Notes under the pieces: generated by a model
Told to the model about the DNA's origin: nothing
What the model saw: the letters and a program-made list of their open reading frames with translations, nothing else
The model's database searches: none
NCBI GenBank assembly: GCA_030647005.1
Contig: JAUSKG010000031.1
Location: forward strand, 1-57,166
Origin: a bacterium
GTDB lineage: Bacteria > Patescibacteriota > Patescibacteriia > JACPHY01
Direction of reading: 5' to 3'
Length of the DNA: 57,166 nucleotides
Shown here: positions 34,531-43,944 of the stretch, piece after piece
How positions within the stretch are numbered: position 1 is the stretch's first letter
Layout: each line of letters starts with the position of its first letter
Position numbers and translations under genes: made by a program

Positions 34531-34761
34531 GATTTGAACCCACGACCCATCGCTTACCACGCAATGAGCGAGAGACGTAGCAATGTCTTACGCCTAAGCC
34601 GATGGTGGGATGCGATGTTTTCCGCAGGGGATGCCCCTGCGCGACCCCGCCACATCGTCACGCGCGGGTCGGGCAGAGCCCTTCCACCCGCACGCGCCGA
34701 TGCGCCCCACAACCCATCGCTTACCAACCGACGAACGAGAGCCCGAATGCCTGACGCCCAC
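34531..34761 (-). pseudogene. Mosaic of tRNA-Thr-derived fragments (non-functional) with a structured spacer
   Basis: The 27-mer 'gatttgaacccacgacccatcgcttac' at 34531..34557 is identical to 34774..34800 inside tRNA-Thr. The 15-mer 'agccgatggtgggat' at 34597..34611 equals 34762..34776. A third partial copy is at 34711..34725. No fragment completes a cloverleaf. Confidence 0.6.
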
Positions 34762-34833
34762 AGCCGATGGTGGGATTTGAACCCACGACCCATCGCTTAC
34801 GAAGCGATTGCTCTACCACTGAGCTACATCGGC
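34762..34833 (-). tRNA. tRNA-Thr (anticodon CGT)
   Basis: 72-nt cloverleaf: GCCGATG/CATCGGC acceptor, GCTC-AGTGGTA-GAGC D arm, ATCGC-TTCGTAA-GCGAT anticodon arm, GTGGG-TTCAAAT-CCCAC T arm. Confidence 0.9.
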
Positions 34834-34880
34834 AAGGGGCGTCAGGTATTCGAGACCGAACAAAACAACAGGGTACCACG

Positions 34881-34951
34881 AGCGGGTGAGGGGAATCGAA
34901 CCCCCGTCTCAAGCTTGGGAAGCTCGCATTCTGCCATTGAACTACACCCGC
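34881..34951 (-). tRNA. tRNA-Gly (anticodon CCC)
   Basis: 71-nt cloverleaf: GCGGGTG/CACCCGC acceptor, CGAGC-TTCCCAA-GCTTG anticodon arm, GGGGG-TTCGATT-CCCCT T arm. Confidence 0.9.
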
Positions 34952-34986
34952 ATCGACATCCATCGTACCCCGTCCCTCCATCGTCG

Positions 34987-35376
34987 TCAATGGAAGAGGT
35001 GGTGCCACCACCGCGTAAAGTTGGACCCCTCCTCCGCGGCGGGTGGTGCGGCCGCATCGGGCGCGTCGAACACGGTACCCGAGGGGACGATGAGGACATC
35101 CTCGCCGGGTTGCTGGAGGCCTAGGCGCAGACGCGCCTCGCGCTCGATGAACTCCGGTGTCTCGGACTGCTCGAGGAGATCGGTGAGCCGCACGCGCTGC
35201 TGCTCGAGCGCGGAGACCGTATCGGCAATCATTCGGATCTCCTCCTCGACCGCGCGCTTGCGACGGTACTCGCTCACGATGGCGGATAGCACGAATCCCA
35301 CCACGACGATGCCGATGAGGAGCGCGGCCCGCGATCGGAGTAGCGTACGGTCACGTGGTGCGTTCGTGCGCCTCAT
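34987..35376 (-). CDS. Septum formation initiator family protein (FtsB/DivIC-like)
   Basis: 129 aa with a single TM 'AALLIGIVVVGFVLSAIV', then a coiled coil, then 'PEFIEREARLRLGLQQPGEDVLIVP'. Confidence 0.7.
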   Translation of the reverse strand: MRRTNAPRDRTLLRSRAALLIGIVVVGFVLSAIVSEYRRKRAVEEEIRMIADTVSALEQQRVRLTDLLEQSETPEFIEREARLRLGLQQPGEDVLIVPSGTVFDAPDAAAPPAAEEGSNFTRWWHHLFH

Positions 35377-35990
35377 ACGTCGCCACCCTCGCGCGCTCGC
35401 AGCGCGAGGTCAATCCGCTCGCGGAGCCGCACGAGCTCAATCGTCGTGTACGCCGAGAGGTCGAGCACTGCGACGCCTGGTGGCGGCACGGTCGCACGGT
35501 GCTGCGCGTCGTGCTGCAGCGCACTGAGCATCTCATGCACGTGCTCCGGGTGCGGTAGGTTTCGGAGCTCAATGAGTGCGCTCGCGCCAGCGGTCTGGAT
35601 CTGAATCGTCCCCAGGCGGAAGATCGTCGCAATAATGCCTTTGATTTCGAGCGCGAGGTCGTCTATCCGATCGAATCGCGCCTCCGCAATGACGCGGTGG
35701 AAGACACCGACTTGATCGAGGTCTATGACGCGGAGATCCGTCACCATGAGCACCGTCCGGTACCAAAACCACCACGCGCGGATAAAGAGCACCACGCCGG
35801 TGGCGAGAAGGAGCACAAAGCCAATCAGGCCAAATGGACGCGAGGAGAGCAGCGGCACGATGAGAAAGAACGCAAGGACAATGAGCGACCCGCCGATGAG
35901 CGCGGTGGGCGCAGGGACGAGTTTCGAACGGCGGATGGTCGCTCGAACGACCTCGCCGTCACGGAGTGCCAGTCGTTGCGGGAGGTGCAT
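35373..35990 (-). CDS. Membrane protein with bacterial PH domain (bPH_2/YdbT-like)
   Basis: Trimmed to ATG 35990 ('MHLPQRLALRDGEVV'). Two TM helices followed by 'LGTIQIQTAGASALIELRNLPHPEHVHEML'. Overlaps the murE-type gene end by ~30 nt. Confidence 0.6.
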   Translation of the reverse strand: MHLPQRLALRDGEVVRATIRRSKLVPAPTALIGGSLIVLAFFLIVPLLSSRPFGLIGFVLLLATGVVLFIRAWWFWYRTVLMVTDLRVIDLDQVGVFHRVIAEARFDRIDDLALEIKGIIATIFRLGTIQIQTAGASALIELRNLPHPEHVHEMLSALQHDAQHRATVPPPGVAVLDLSAYTTIELVRLRERIDLALRAREGGDV

Positions 35991-37200
35991 AGTGCTTCTG
36001 AAGGAGTTCCCGAATGACCACGCGGTCGTCCCACGGGGTCTTCTTTCCACGCGGACCGACGATGGCCTGCTCGCAGCCCTTGCCGGTGATGAGAATGCGA
36101 TCCCCTGGTTGTGCGAGCGTGAGTGCTCGGGTGAACGCCTCACGCCGGTCGAGAATCTCCTCCACCACGGTATCGCTTCCCGTGCGCGCAATCCCGTCGA
36201 GCGCGCCGCGCGAAACCGCAGCGATGATCACGCGGGGGTCGTCGTCGTAGGGGTCCTCGTTTGTCACCAAAACGACGTTCGCGTGCTCGGCCGCGACCGC
36301 GCCCATTGTCGCGCGCTTGCGAACATCGCGGCCGCCGCCCACGCCGCCGAGGATGTGGATGGTCTTCCCCACCGGCTTCGGGAGTGCCGCGTATACCACC
36401 TCGAGCGCATGCGGTGTGTGCGCGTAGTCCACGATGACCTCGAACGGCTGGCCCGCAACGATGGATTCCAACCGCCCGGGGAGCGCGGTGATCCGTTCGA
36501 GCGCGCGCTCGACGTCCGCTGCGCCGATACCGAGTGCCGCGCAGACGACCTTCACCACCGCAACGTTCTCGGGGAACGCGGAGATTGCGGGCGCATACCC
36601 CGCACCGTCACGCGGGTTGAAGGTCGCGGTCGCCGTGAAGCGACGGTCGAGGAACTGCTCCGCGCGGTCGAGCGACGCGGGAACAATGCCAATGCGGCGC
36701 GCCTTCCGTCCGCGCGCGACGTGCGCGAAGAGCGCGGCCTTCGCGGCGCGGTAGGACGCAAACCCGCCGTGCGCCTCGAGGTGCTCCTCGCCAAGGTTCG
36801 TGAGGGCGACGACATCATAGGCGATCCCGCGGTGGCGGTACTGCGCAATCCCCTGCGACGAGGTCTCAATGATCACGTACGTGCAACCGTTGCGCGCGCA
36901 CGCTCGGAGGAACCGCTGGAGCGCGAACCGCCCGGGCATCGTCATCTTGAGCGCGTTCATCCACGTGCGAACACCGTCTCTCACCGTCGCGGTGGAGAAC
37001 CAACCGACTCGCACTCCTGCATCGCCCAACACCTGACCGAGCAACATGACGACCGACGACTTCCCGTGCGTGCCGGTGATACCGATGACCGTGAGCGATC
37101 GGCTCGGGTTGCCATACGCGAGCATGGCACCATACGCGAGTATAAAATGGTACGCGCGCACGAGGGGCTTAGGAATCAATGCTCGCATGGTGTGGAGCAT
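35959..37200 (-). CDS. Mur ligase family protein, MurE-type (short N-terminus)
   Basis: 413 aa with 'VIGITGTHGKSSVVMLLGQVL' P-loop, 'DYAHTPHALEVVY' and 'LGGVGGGRD'. Lacks the usual N-terminal domain. Confidence 0.8.
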   Translation of the reverse strand: MLHTMRALIPKPLVRAYHFILAYGAMLAYGNPSRSLTVIGITGTHGKSSVVMLLGQVLGDAGVRVGWFSTATVRDGVRTWMNALKMTMPGRFALQRFLRACARNGCTYVIIETSSQGIAQYRHRGIAYDVVALTNLGEEHLEAHGGFASYRAAKAALFAHVARGRKARRIGIVPASLDRAEQFLDRRFTATATFNPRDGAGYAPAISAFPENVAVVKVVCAALGIGAADVERALERITALPGRLESIVAGQPFEVIVDYAHTPHALEVVYAALPKPVGKTIHILGGVGGGRDVRKRATMGAVAAEHANVVLVTNEDPYDDDPRVIIAAVSRGALDGIARTGSDTVVEEILDRREAFTRALTLAQPGDRILITGKGCEQAIVGPRGKKTPWDDRVVIRELLQKHYAPPATTGTP

Positions 37201-37209
37201 ACGCGTAGG

Positions 37210-38586
37210 TCACTTCCTGCGCACCGCACGGAGGAATTGCTCACCGCGATCAAACTCGTGCACGAACAAGCCGAAGGATGCCGCGCCTGGACTCAAGAGC
37301 ACCGTATCACCTCGACGCGCCGCCCGCCGCGCCTTCCGTACTGCTTCCCGCATCGAACGCGCGATGGTGACCGGAACCTCAACGTGGGGCAACGCCTGGA
37401 GCGACGCGAGCATCTTCTCCGTCGCTGTTCCTGGAAGGAAGATGATCTGTTTCACGGAGCACGCGACCACCTGCGCCCACGCGCCGTACACGAGGTTCTT
37501 ATCCGTCCCACCGGCGATGAGCACCACCTCCCCTCCCCCACCGGAGTTGAGTGCCTTGAGGCCGGCAATCGTCGCGTCTGGTGTCGTCGCGCAGGTGTCG
37601 TTGATCCAGGTGATGCCAAAGGCGCGACTCACCGGCTCCAGACGACCCGGGAGTCCGACGTATGTTTGGAGCGCGCGCGCGATTGCCGCAGGTGCGACGC
37701 CAACAACTCGCGCTGCGGCAGCCGCGGCAGCAATGTTCTCCCGATTGTGTGCACCGCGAAGCGACGGATTGTCCACGCCCTTTCGGGAGGTTGCAAACCA
37801 CACCACCTTCCTCGTCGCTCTCCCCGCCATCGCCCGCACCGGTGGTGATTGCCGGTTGAGCACCGCGATCCCCGACCCCGAGAGGATCTTCCGCTTCGCC
37901 GCGGCGTACGATCGCATGGACGCGTACCGATTGAGGTGATCGCGCATGATGTTCGTCACGATCGCGACATCGGGACCACCCGTCTGCCGCGAGAGCCGCT
38001 CGCAGTGCCAACTCGAGAGCTCGAGGACAACGAAGACCTCCTGTCGTCGCGCGGCGCGCATGATCGCGGCAATCTGATCGAACATGGGACGGCGGATGTT
38101 CCCCGCGAGGTACGCTTTCCGCCCATCGGCAAGGACCATTTGATGGAGGAGAGCTGCCGTGGTAGATTTGCCACGCGTGCCCGTCACCGCCATAATCTGC
38201 GGCGGTGACGGCACGCCCTTGAGGATCCGGAAGAAGAGCGACGCCTCATTCTCGATTGCCACGCCCGCCCGCGCTGCTGCCGCAAGGTACGGGGACTCCC
38301 GCGGCACACCGGGGTTCTGCACGACGAGGTCCGCATGCGTAAAATCCCGCATGCGGTGTTTGCCGAGCACGAGGTGCAACCGCTCGCGGAAAGCGGGGTG
38401 TCGCACGAGGAGCTGCGCGAGCGCACGGACGCTCGGCGCGAGCTCGCCAGCGGTCTTACGATCCGTCACCGTCACCATGGCGCCATGCGTGAGGAACCAC
38501 GCGGTGACGGCCAACCCCCCGCCATGGAGCCCGAGGCCCATGACGGTGACGCGTTTTCCCATAAAACTCTTTGGTGTCCATTGCAT
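37210..38586 (-). CDS. murD: UDP-N-acetylmuramoylalanine--D-glutamate ligase MurD
   Basis: Start refined to ATG 38586. 'KRVTVMGLGLHGGGLAV', 'AVTGTRGKSTTAALLHQM' and 'NDTCATTPDATIAGLKAL'. The ORF extends to 38727. Confidence 0.85.
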   Translation of the reverse strand: MQWTPKSFMGKRVTVMGLGLHGGGLAVTAWFLTHGAMVTVTDRKTAGELAPSVRALAQLLVRHPAFRERLHLVLGKHRMRDFTHADLVVQNPGVPRESPYLAAAARAGVAIENEASLFFRILKGVPSPPQIMAVTGTRGKSTTAALLHQMVLADGRKAYLAGNIRRPMFDQIAAIMRAARRQEVFVVLELSSWHCERLSRQTGGPDVAIVTNIMRDHLNRYASMRSYAAAKRKILSGSGIAVLNRQSPPVRAMAGRATRKVVWFATSRKGVDNPSLRGAHNRENIAAAAAAARVVGVAPAAIARALQTYVGLPGRLEPVSRAFGITWINDTCATTPDATIAGLKALNSGGGGEVVLIAGGTDKNLVYGAWAQVVACSVKQIIFLPGTATEKMLASLQALPHVEVPVTIARSMREAVRKARRAARRGDTVLLSPGAASFGLFVHEFDRGEQFLRAVRRK

Positions 38587-38647
38587 ATGTGGTGCTACCA
38601 CGTCAGCATGCTCCCTCTGAAGCTGGCGCGGGAGCGCCAAAGATGCG

Positions 38648-39640
38648 CTACTCCTTGAGCACGCCGCGAGCCGTTTCCCACATGGAAGCATCTCCGTGCG
38701 CGCGGAGCCAGTACCAGTACTCCGCACCCCAGAGGTAGATCTCGCGGAAGCCTGTGGACCGCGCGAAGGCGACGTTCCGAAGGAATCGCTCCGCGTCCAT
38801 GGAGCGCCGTTGCTCGACGATCGGGAGCACCGTCACGTCACCATGTGGTGCCCACGGTTCTGCCTGGAGTTCCGAGATCACCATGTGTTCTGGCGACACG
38901 CCGACGAGGAACGCCTTGAGACGATACCACGCGGCGGGGATGAACGTATCGTAGCTCCAATACCCCACGAACCGCGACCAGACGACGCGGTACATCGTCG
39001 TGCCAAGCCGATCACCAACACGCGCAGCGCGATGCCAGAACGAGAGTTCTCCCGAGTCCGTGATGAGGATGTCGTGGTGCGGATCGAGTGCGCGGACGAT
39101 CTCCACCTCACGCTGGAGCGATGCCACATCGAGCTCCGGGCACTCCCCGAACACGGAGAGGAACGGTTCGTTCTCCACCTGCCACATGACGAGCGCAGGG
39201 TGGGCACGGTACCGCTCGACAACGACGCGAATGACGCGCTCGATGGCCTCCTGCTGCTCGGCATCGGGCAGTTGCGTCGCCCAATCCGGAATGTGGCACT
39301 CCGGCCACCGTGGGAGTCGCCGGCCCACGGCGAGGAGCACGGATGCGCCGCGGGTGTTTGCCTCATCCATCATCCAGTCGAGATCACGGAAGTCAAACGT
39401 GCCGGGCTGTGGCTCGACATCGGGCCAGTTCGCGCTGAGGCGCACGCGACGCACGGAGAGGTCATCGAGGAGCGCGCGATAGGTCTCCTGCCAGTCGAGC
39501 CCCAACGACACCGCGTGCTGTTTGGAGAAGTGCACACCGATGACCGCTCCCCCCGCACGTGGCGGCACGAGGAAGAGCGCTGCATACGCGATGATACAGA
39601 CGCTGAGCGCGAGCGCTCCGTATTGCGCAAGACGCTTCAC
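38648..39640 (-). CDS. Clan GH-A (GH5/GH42-like) TIM-barrel glycoside hydrolase, membrane-anchored
   Basis: ORF 38648..40006 overlaps the upstream EamA gene, so the start is placed at the in-frame GTG (codon 123, 'VKRLAQYGALALSVCIIAYAALFLV' anchor). 'MWQVENEPF' looks like a catalytic NEP motif. Start uncertain. Confidence 0.6.
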   Translation of the reverse strand: MKRLAQYGALALSVCIIAYAALFLVPPRAGGAVIGVHFSKQHAVSLGLDWQETYRALLDDLSVRRVRLSANWPDVEPQPGTFDFRDLDWMMDEANTRGASVLLAVGRRLPRWPECHIPDWATQLPDAEQQEAIERVIRVVVERYRAHPALVMWQVENEPFLSVFGECPELDVASLQREVEIVRALDPHHDILITDSGELSFWHRAARVGDRLGTTMYRVVWSRFVGYWSYDTFIPAAWYRLKAFLVGVSPEHMVISELQAEPWAPHGDVTVLPIVEQRRSMDAERFLRNVAFARSTGFREIYLWGAEYWYWLRAHGDASMWETARGVLKE

Positions 39641-39656
39641 GCGCCACGCGCGCGGC

Positions 39657-40556
39657 CTACGCACCCGCAGCAAGGAGCGCGAGGCCGATCGCAATGAGGA
39701 CCATCGAGATGATTTTGCCAGAGATGATGCGCCGATTGAGCCGCTCACGCAGCTGCGGGAAGCGCCCGCCAAAAAACACTGCAAAGAGGAAGAGGAACGC
39801 GTACTGCACGCCCTGGAGTGCGTTGATGATCGTCGGCGAGGCCACGCTGATCGCGTACTGGAGTGCGAAAAACCCAAGCGCGCCGGCACCCTGGCCGGCA
39901 ATGAAAAGTCCGGCAGTACTGCCGCGGGGACGTGCGGCCGGTTGTACAATCGCGCGACGGCTTGGCGCGTGGAGGAGGATGGCCAACGCAGCGATTGTCG
40001 CACCAACGCGCGTCCATGCGAACCCCGCGAGGAACGACTGCTCGGTGAAGACGGCCTTCATGAGCACCGCGGTCACCGCGAACGCGATTGCACTCAGGGA
40101 TGCCATCGTGTACGCGTGCCGCTTGCGCTCCCCACCTCTGCCCCCCTCCCGCGTGATGAGCGCGGAACCAGCGACAAGGACGATGAACGCGAAGAGCGCA
40201 GGCGCGGCGAGTCGCTCTCCAAGGAAGAGGTACGCGAGGACAAACGTCCAGATGGGAATGGTACCGCCCACATACGGAACGATGCGCGATGCCTCCCCGC
40301 GCTTCAACGCACCAAAGAAGCATAGGAGTGCGATGACGAACGTCGCACCCGCTGCGCCGTCGAGCACCCACTGACCGCCTGACGGAAGTTGCCAGTCAAA
40401 CGGGAGGGCCAAGATCCCAAGTGACCCGAGGAGCCCGACGTAGAACGCGTACACTGCCGGCTTGGGCACCGCTCTCGCGAGGAGGTACTTGTCCACGAGG
40501 AACGCCACGGCGTTCAGGAGGTGCGCGGCGATGACGACGATGAGCCAGAACGGCAT
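39657..40556 (-). CDS. EamA/DMT-family transporter
   Basis: 299 aa, ~10 TM, with two EamA-like halves. Confidence 0.7.
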   Translation of the reverse strand: MPFWLIVVIAAHLLNAVAFLVDKYLLARAVPKPAVYAFYVGLLGSLGILALPFDWQLPSGGQWVLDGAAGATFVIALLCFFGALKRGEASRIVPYVGGTIPIWTFVLAYLFLGERLAAPALFAFIVLVAGSALITREGGRGGERKRHAYTMASLSAIAFAVTAVLMKAVFTEQSFLAGFAWTRVGATIAALAILLHAPSRRAIVQPAARPRGSTAGLFIAGQGAGALGFFALQYAISVASPTIINALQGVQYAFLFLFAVFFGGRFPQLRERLNRRIISGKIISMVLIAIGLALLAAGA

Positions 40557-40573
40557 ACGAGAGTACGCGAGAC

Positions 40574-41920
40574 CTAGACGACGAGCGGATGCGGCTCGAG
40601 CTCAATGGGCTTCCCTTTCACGATGGATTCGATGCGGTACGTCCCGTGCGTTGGTGCCTCGATGTAGCCGTTCCAAGCCATACGCGCGAGCGCGCCGGAC
40701 TGGATCCAATCCCAGAGCCACTCATCCGCGTACTGCGGATCGAGCTGATCAATGCCACCGCCGATCTGCTGGAGCCACTGACGATTGAACTCCTCCTGCG
40801 ATCCGATGGGCTCGGTCATGATGATCGGGATACCAAGGCCGGTGGAGAACGAGAGTTCGGACGGCTTGGTCCAGAGGATGTCCACGTCGTGAAGGGCGTG
40901 CGTGAAGTCATGGAAGTACTCACTCCGATGTTTCCGCGCGAGCACCATAACGCCCCCACGACGGAGCTCGCGTGTGAGCCGGAGTTCACGGATGCTCTCC
41001 TCAAAGTACCTCGCCACTTCCATGCGCGTCCCCGGAATAAGGAGCACGCGCATCTCGTTGCGCCGAATGCGTCGCCGGAGCGCGCGGAGCATCGCAACGC
41101 CGGCACGCTTCTGTGCTCCCGCACCGCCGACCGCGAACGCCACGGTGATCGGCCGCGTTTCCTGCTCGTGGAAGTGCTTGCCGAGGTGACGCGCGAGCGT
41201 CGCCTCGTGCCGGTGGCGATAGTACCCGTTTGGATCGAGGTTCTTCATACGCACACCGAGGTCGTGCTTCAGCGTGCGCGACTCCGCTCCGCCCACGAGC
41301 TCCTTGGGAAGTGCGAAGCCCGTGAGGTAGATATGCTTCCGCGGGACCCCGTAGAGCATGAGTCGCTCCACGCACCTCCCGTTCGGTGCAAAGTACTTGA
41401 TGCGACTCTTCTTGGGATTCCAGTGCGCCCACACGCGCGCGATGTCCGCATCCGTCACGAGGCAGTAGATCTCACCCGTGTAATCAAACTCCTCCGCCAT
41501 GAACGCCGGCGCAAAAAATGTCGTCACAAACGGAAGTGGACGCTTGTACGCTTCATTCTTACGATTGAGTGACTCGATGAGGTGCCGCCCCTGCTTACGC
41601 TCGACGATCGCGTGCTGGATCAACCGCAACTGCAACGAGATCTCCGAGAGATCACGTCGCGGGTAGAACGCATCAATTTCCTGCTGGTGATCCACGAGCG
41701 CGTGAAAGATGGTCTTCCCGATCACCGGCATGGGCTGCATGCGCGAGACCGCTTCGTAGTACTTCCTCCCCGTCTCCCAGAGATCTCGGTCGTCCTTCGG
41801 GATGCCCGGGTAGTCGTTCGCAATGATAATCTCGCCGCCGGAGAGTTCCCGCAAAGCATACGCCGGCCGCTCATGGCCGTACCCCATGTTCACCGCAACG
41901 AGGTGTGCAAACTTACGCAT
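40574..41920 (-). CDS. GT-B fold glycosyltransferase (MGDG-synthase/GT28-like)
   Basis: Start refined to ATG 41920 ('MRKFAHLVAVNMGYGHERPA'). C-terminal 'ILWTKPSELSFSTGLGIPIIMTEPIGSQEEFNRQWL' resembles the GT28 C-terminal motif. Confidence 0.6.
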   Translation of the reverse strand: MRKFAHLVAVNMGYGHERPAYALRELSGGEIIIANDYPGIPKDDRDLWETGRKYYEAVSRMQPMPVIGKTIFHALVDHQQEIDAFYPRRDLSEISLQLRLIQHAIVERKQGRHLIESLNRKNEAYKRPLPFVTTFFAPAFMAEEFDYTGEIYCLVTDADIARVWAHWNPKKSRIKYFAPNGRCVERLMLYGVPRKHIYLTGFALPKELVGGAESRTLKHDLGVRMKNLDPNGYYRHRHEATLARHLGKHFHEQETRPITVAFAVGGAGAQKRAGVAMLRALRRRIRRNEMRVLLIPGTRMEVARYFEESIRELRLTRELRRGGVMVLARKHRSEYFHDFTHALHDVDILWTKPSELSFSTGLGIPIIMTEPIGSQEEFNRQWLQQIGGGIDQLDPQYADEWLWDWIQSGALARMAWNGYIEAPTHGTYRIESIVKGKPIELEPHPLVV

Positions 41921-42000
41921 AGACGTTCGATGGGGATAAAACACCCACTCACCCCATTGTAGCAGAGCGCCTCCGGAGTTGCGCCGGAGGCGAGTCACCC

Positions 42001-43095
42001 CTAGAGGTATTCCGTCATCCCTCGCCGCTCGAGTTCTAGAACGACCTCCCGCACGTGCTGCGCGCGCTCGCGCGGGCAGATGAGGAGCGCGTCCTCTGTA
42101 TCAATGATGACGCAATCCCGCATCCCGTAGGTCGCAATGAGTTTCCCCTCAGGCGCGACGACGAGGTTCCCATCACCCTGGAGTCCCACGTGCGTCGCTC
42201 GGATCGCACGCGGCGTTGCGCGACCGCTATCCGTGAGGATGTCATGCACGGCGCGCCAGTTTCCGACATCTGCCCAGCCGAAGGATGCGGGCACCACGAC
42301 GAGGTGCGCGAGGCGCTCCACGATTCCGACGTCAATGGATACGCTGCTCATGGAGAGGAACGCTCGCGTCCACGCCGCACGGTCCGAGACATCCGCGGCG
42401 TTCCGGAATGCGGCGTGGTGGTCGGGGAGATGCACAGCAATCTGACTGAGCAACTTTTGTGCTCGGAACGAGAACAGCCCGAGGTTCCAGAGGTACCGTC
42501 CACTCTCGACGTACTGCTCTGCAATGACGCGCTCCGGTTTCTCGACGAATCGCGTCACTGGCAACGCCATCGTCCCGTCCGCGCGCTCCGCCACATCCGC
42601 CATCTCGATGTACCCGTACCCCGTCTCTGCGTACGTCGGCGCGACACCGACGAGTGCCGCGTCCACGTCCGGTCGCTCCGCTGCGGCGAGCGCGGTCTCG
42701 ATGGCAACATGGTACTGCGCGTCATCCGCGACGTACGCGTCACTGTGCATCGTCACGAAACGCGCGTCGCAGTCGCGCGCGACGAGCGATACGGCGGCGA
42801 GGCCGAGCGCGGCAGCCGTCCCGCGCGGCAACGGCTCCTCCAGGAGATTCTCCACCGGGAGCTCCGGGAGCTGCTCACGCACCGACGCCGCGTGCGCGCT
42901 CGTCGTCGCCACGATAATCGCGTCCGGCGCGAACCGCTGCCGGGCTCGCGCGTAGGTCTTCTGGAGCATCGTCTCCTCATCGAGGAGCGCGTGCACCTGC
43001 TTGGGCGCGCTCCGCCTCGATAGCGGCCAGAGGCGCGTCCCATTCCCTCCAGCGAGAATCACTGCGTAGGTACCCATAGTCATCCACGGTAGCAC
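42001..43095 (-). CDS. Mannose-1-phosphate guanylyltransferase-like nucleotidyltransferase
   Basis: 'AVILAGGNGTRLWPLSRRSAPKQ' NTP-transferase signature. Starts at 43083 or 43077 are also possible. Confidence 0.8.
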   Translation of the reverse strand: MLPWMTMGTYAVILAGGNGTRLWPLSRRSAPKQVHALLDEETMLQKTYARARQRFAPDAIIVATTSAHAASVREQLPELPVENLLEEPLPRGTAAALGLAAVSLVARDCDARFVTMHSDAYVADDAQYHVAIETALAAAERPDVDAALVGVAPTYAETGYGYIEMADVAERADGTMALPVTRFVEKPERVIAEQYVESGRYLWNLGLFSFRAQKLLSQIAVHLPDHHAAFRNAADVSDRAAWTRAFLSMSSVSIDVGIVERLAHLVVVPASFGWADVGNWRAVHDILTDSGRATPRAIRATHVGLQGDGNLVVAPEGKLIATYGMRDCVIIDTEDALLICPRERAQHVREVVLELERRGMTEYL

Positions 43096-43188
43096 GTCCG
43101 GGGCACCTCAGCACCGCCATTCCATCCATCGCTTCGACTTGACGCCGAGAATGTGCTATACTAGATATAGTCAGGACAGTTCCTTGCT

Positions 43189-43884
43189 GTGGATACACCT
43201 GCCAGGGGCTCCAAGAATCTCAACGAGACCTCCTACGGCACGTCGGTATCAGCAGCCCTGCAGCAAACGGGGAGGGGTGTGTACGACCTCGCCACGAACA
43301 GCCACTACACTGTGCGAAAGTTGGAACACCACGCGCGGACACATTGCCGAACGTCCCGAACGCCCACGCTCGTGGGTGTTCTTGCGTGCGCACTCCTCCT
43401 CTTCACCCTCGCTGCTCCCGCGCGTACCATCTCTGCCGGCGTCCATGCGGACGGCGTCGTCGCACGGACGAACGCGGTGCGCGCACAGGAAGGTGTTGTC
43501 CCACTCCGCGCCGACGCATCGCTCACCGCCGCAGCACAGGACCGCGCAGAGGGTATCGTACGCTCTGGGGTCTTCTCCCACGTACAGGCGGACGGTACGC
43601 CGTTCTCGCATGCGGCGCAGGAGCACGGGTACGCATTCGCCCACCTCGGCGAAAATCTCGCGATCAACCTCCTCAGCGAAGAGCCACTCATCACCGCGTG
43701 GAATGAAAGTCCGACGCACCGGCAAAACCTCCTCGGCGCACACTACCGCGACGTGGGTGTCGGCATCGCCTCGGGGTACGTTGATGGCGTCCCCACGATG
43801 GTAGTCGTCGAGCTCTTTGGCTCGTTGCAGGATCCCCTCCTCCGCGACTGGGAGCGACTGCCCGCGAGCATCCCCATGGCGTAG
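43189..43884 (+). CDS. Secreted CAP/SCP (YkwD-like) domain protein
   Basis: 'TNAVRAQEGVVPLRADASLTAAAQDRA...GENLA...WNESPTHRQNLLGAHYRDVGVG'. The signal-like 'LVGVLACALLLFTLAAPA' begins ~aa 63, so the true start is probably downstream of GTG 43189. Confidence 0.7.
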   Translation: MDTPARGSKNLNETSYGTSVSAALQQTGRGVYDLATNSHYTVRKLEHHARTHCRTSRTPTLVGVLACALLLFTLAAPARTISAGVHADGVVARTNAVRAQEGVVPLRADASLTAAAQDRAEGIVRSGVFSHVQADGTPFSHAAQEHGYAFAHLGENLAINLLSEEPLITAWNESPTHRQNLLGAHYRDVGVGIASGYVDGVPTMVVVELFGSLQDPLLRDWERLPASIPMA

Positions 43885-43901
43885 CACTGACGCACACAGA
43901 A

Positions 43902-43931
43902 ACACCACGCGAACAGCGTGGCGTTTTTTCT
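43902..43931 (+). terminator. Intrinsic terminator (CAP gene; also abuts the convergent PAP2 gene)
   Basis: 'acaccacgc gaaca gcgtggcgt' stem followed by 'tttttctt'. Confidence 0.7.
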
Positions 43932-43944
43932 TCCCCGCAAGAAC

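Noticed and set aside
34531-34611. Possible additional tRNA gene (T-arm and acceptor-like segments)
   Set aside because: It has no 5' acceptor strand, no D arm, and the T-stem 3' strand is missing (…ttcaaatcatca). The pieces are exact copies of parts of the adjacent tRNA-Thr, so I treat them as fragments.
34534-35124. ORFs 34534..35124 (+) and 34721..35011 (-) spanning the tRNA cluster
   Set aside because: Their translations ('NPRPIAYEAIALPLSY', 'VVQWQNASFPS') are simply read-through of tRNA genes and fragments.
35725-37848. Very long plus-strand ORF (707 aa), with similar antisense ORFs at 8395..10122, 27012..28121, 1766..2506, 3372..4190, 6785..7684, 19680..20789, 42055..43023 and 51807..53021
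   Set aside because: Each lies antisense to a minus- or plus-strand gene with clear catalytic motifs (Mur ligases, PBP, PRTase-SLOG, Mod, Res and others). Their products are R/G/A/P- or G/V/E-rich low-complexity translations typical of spurious ORFs in high-G+C DNA.
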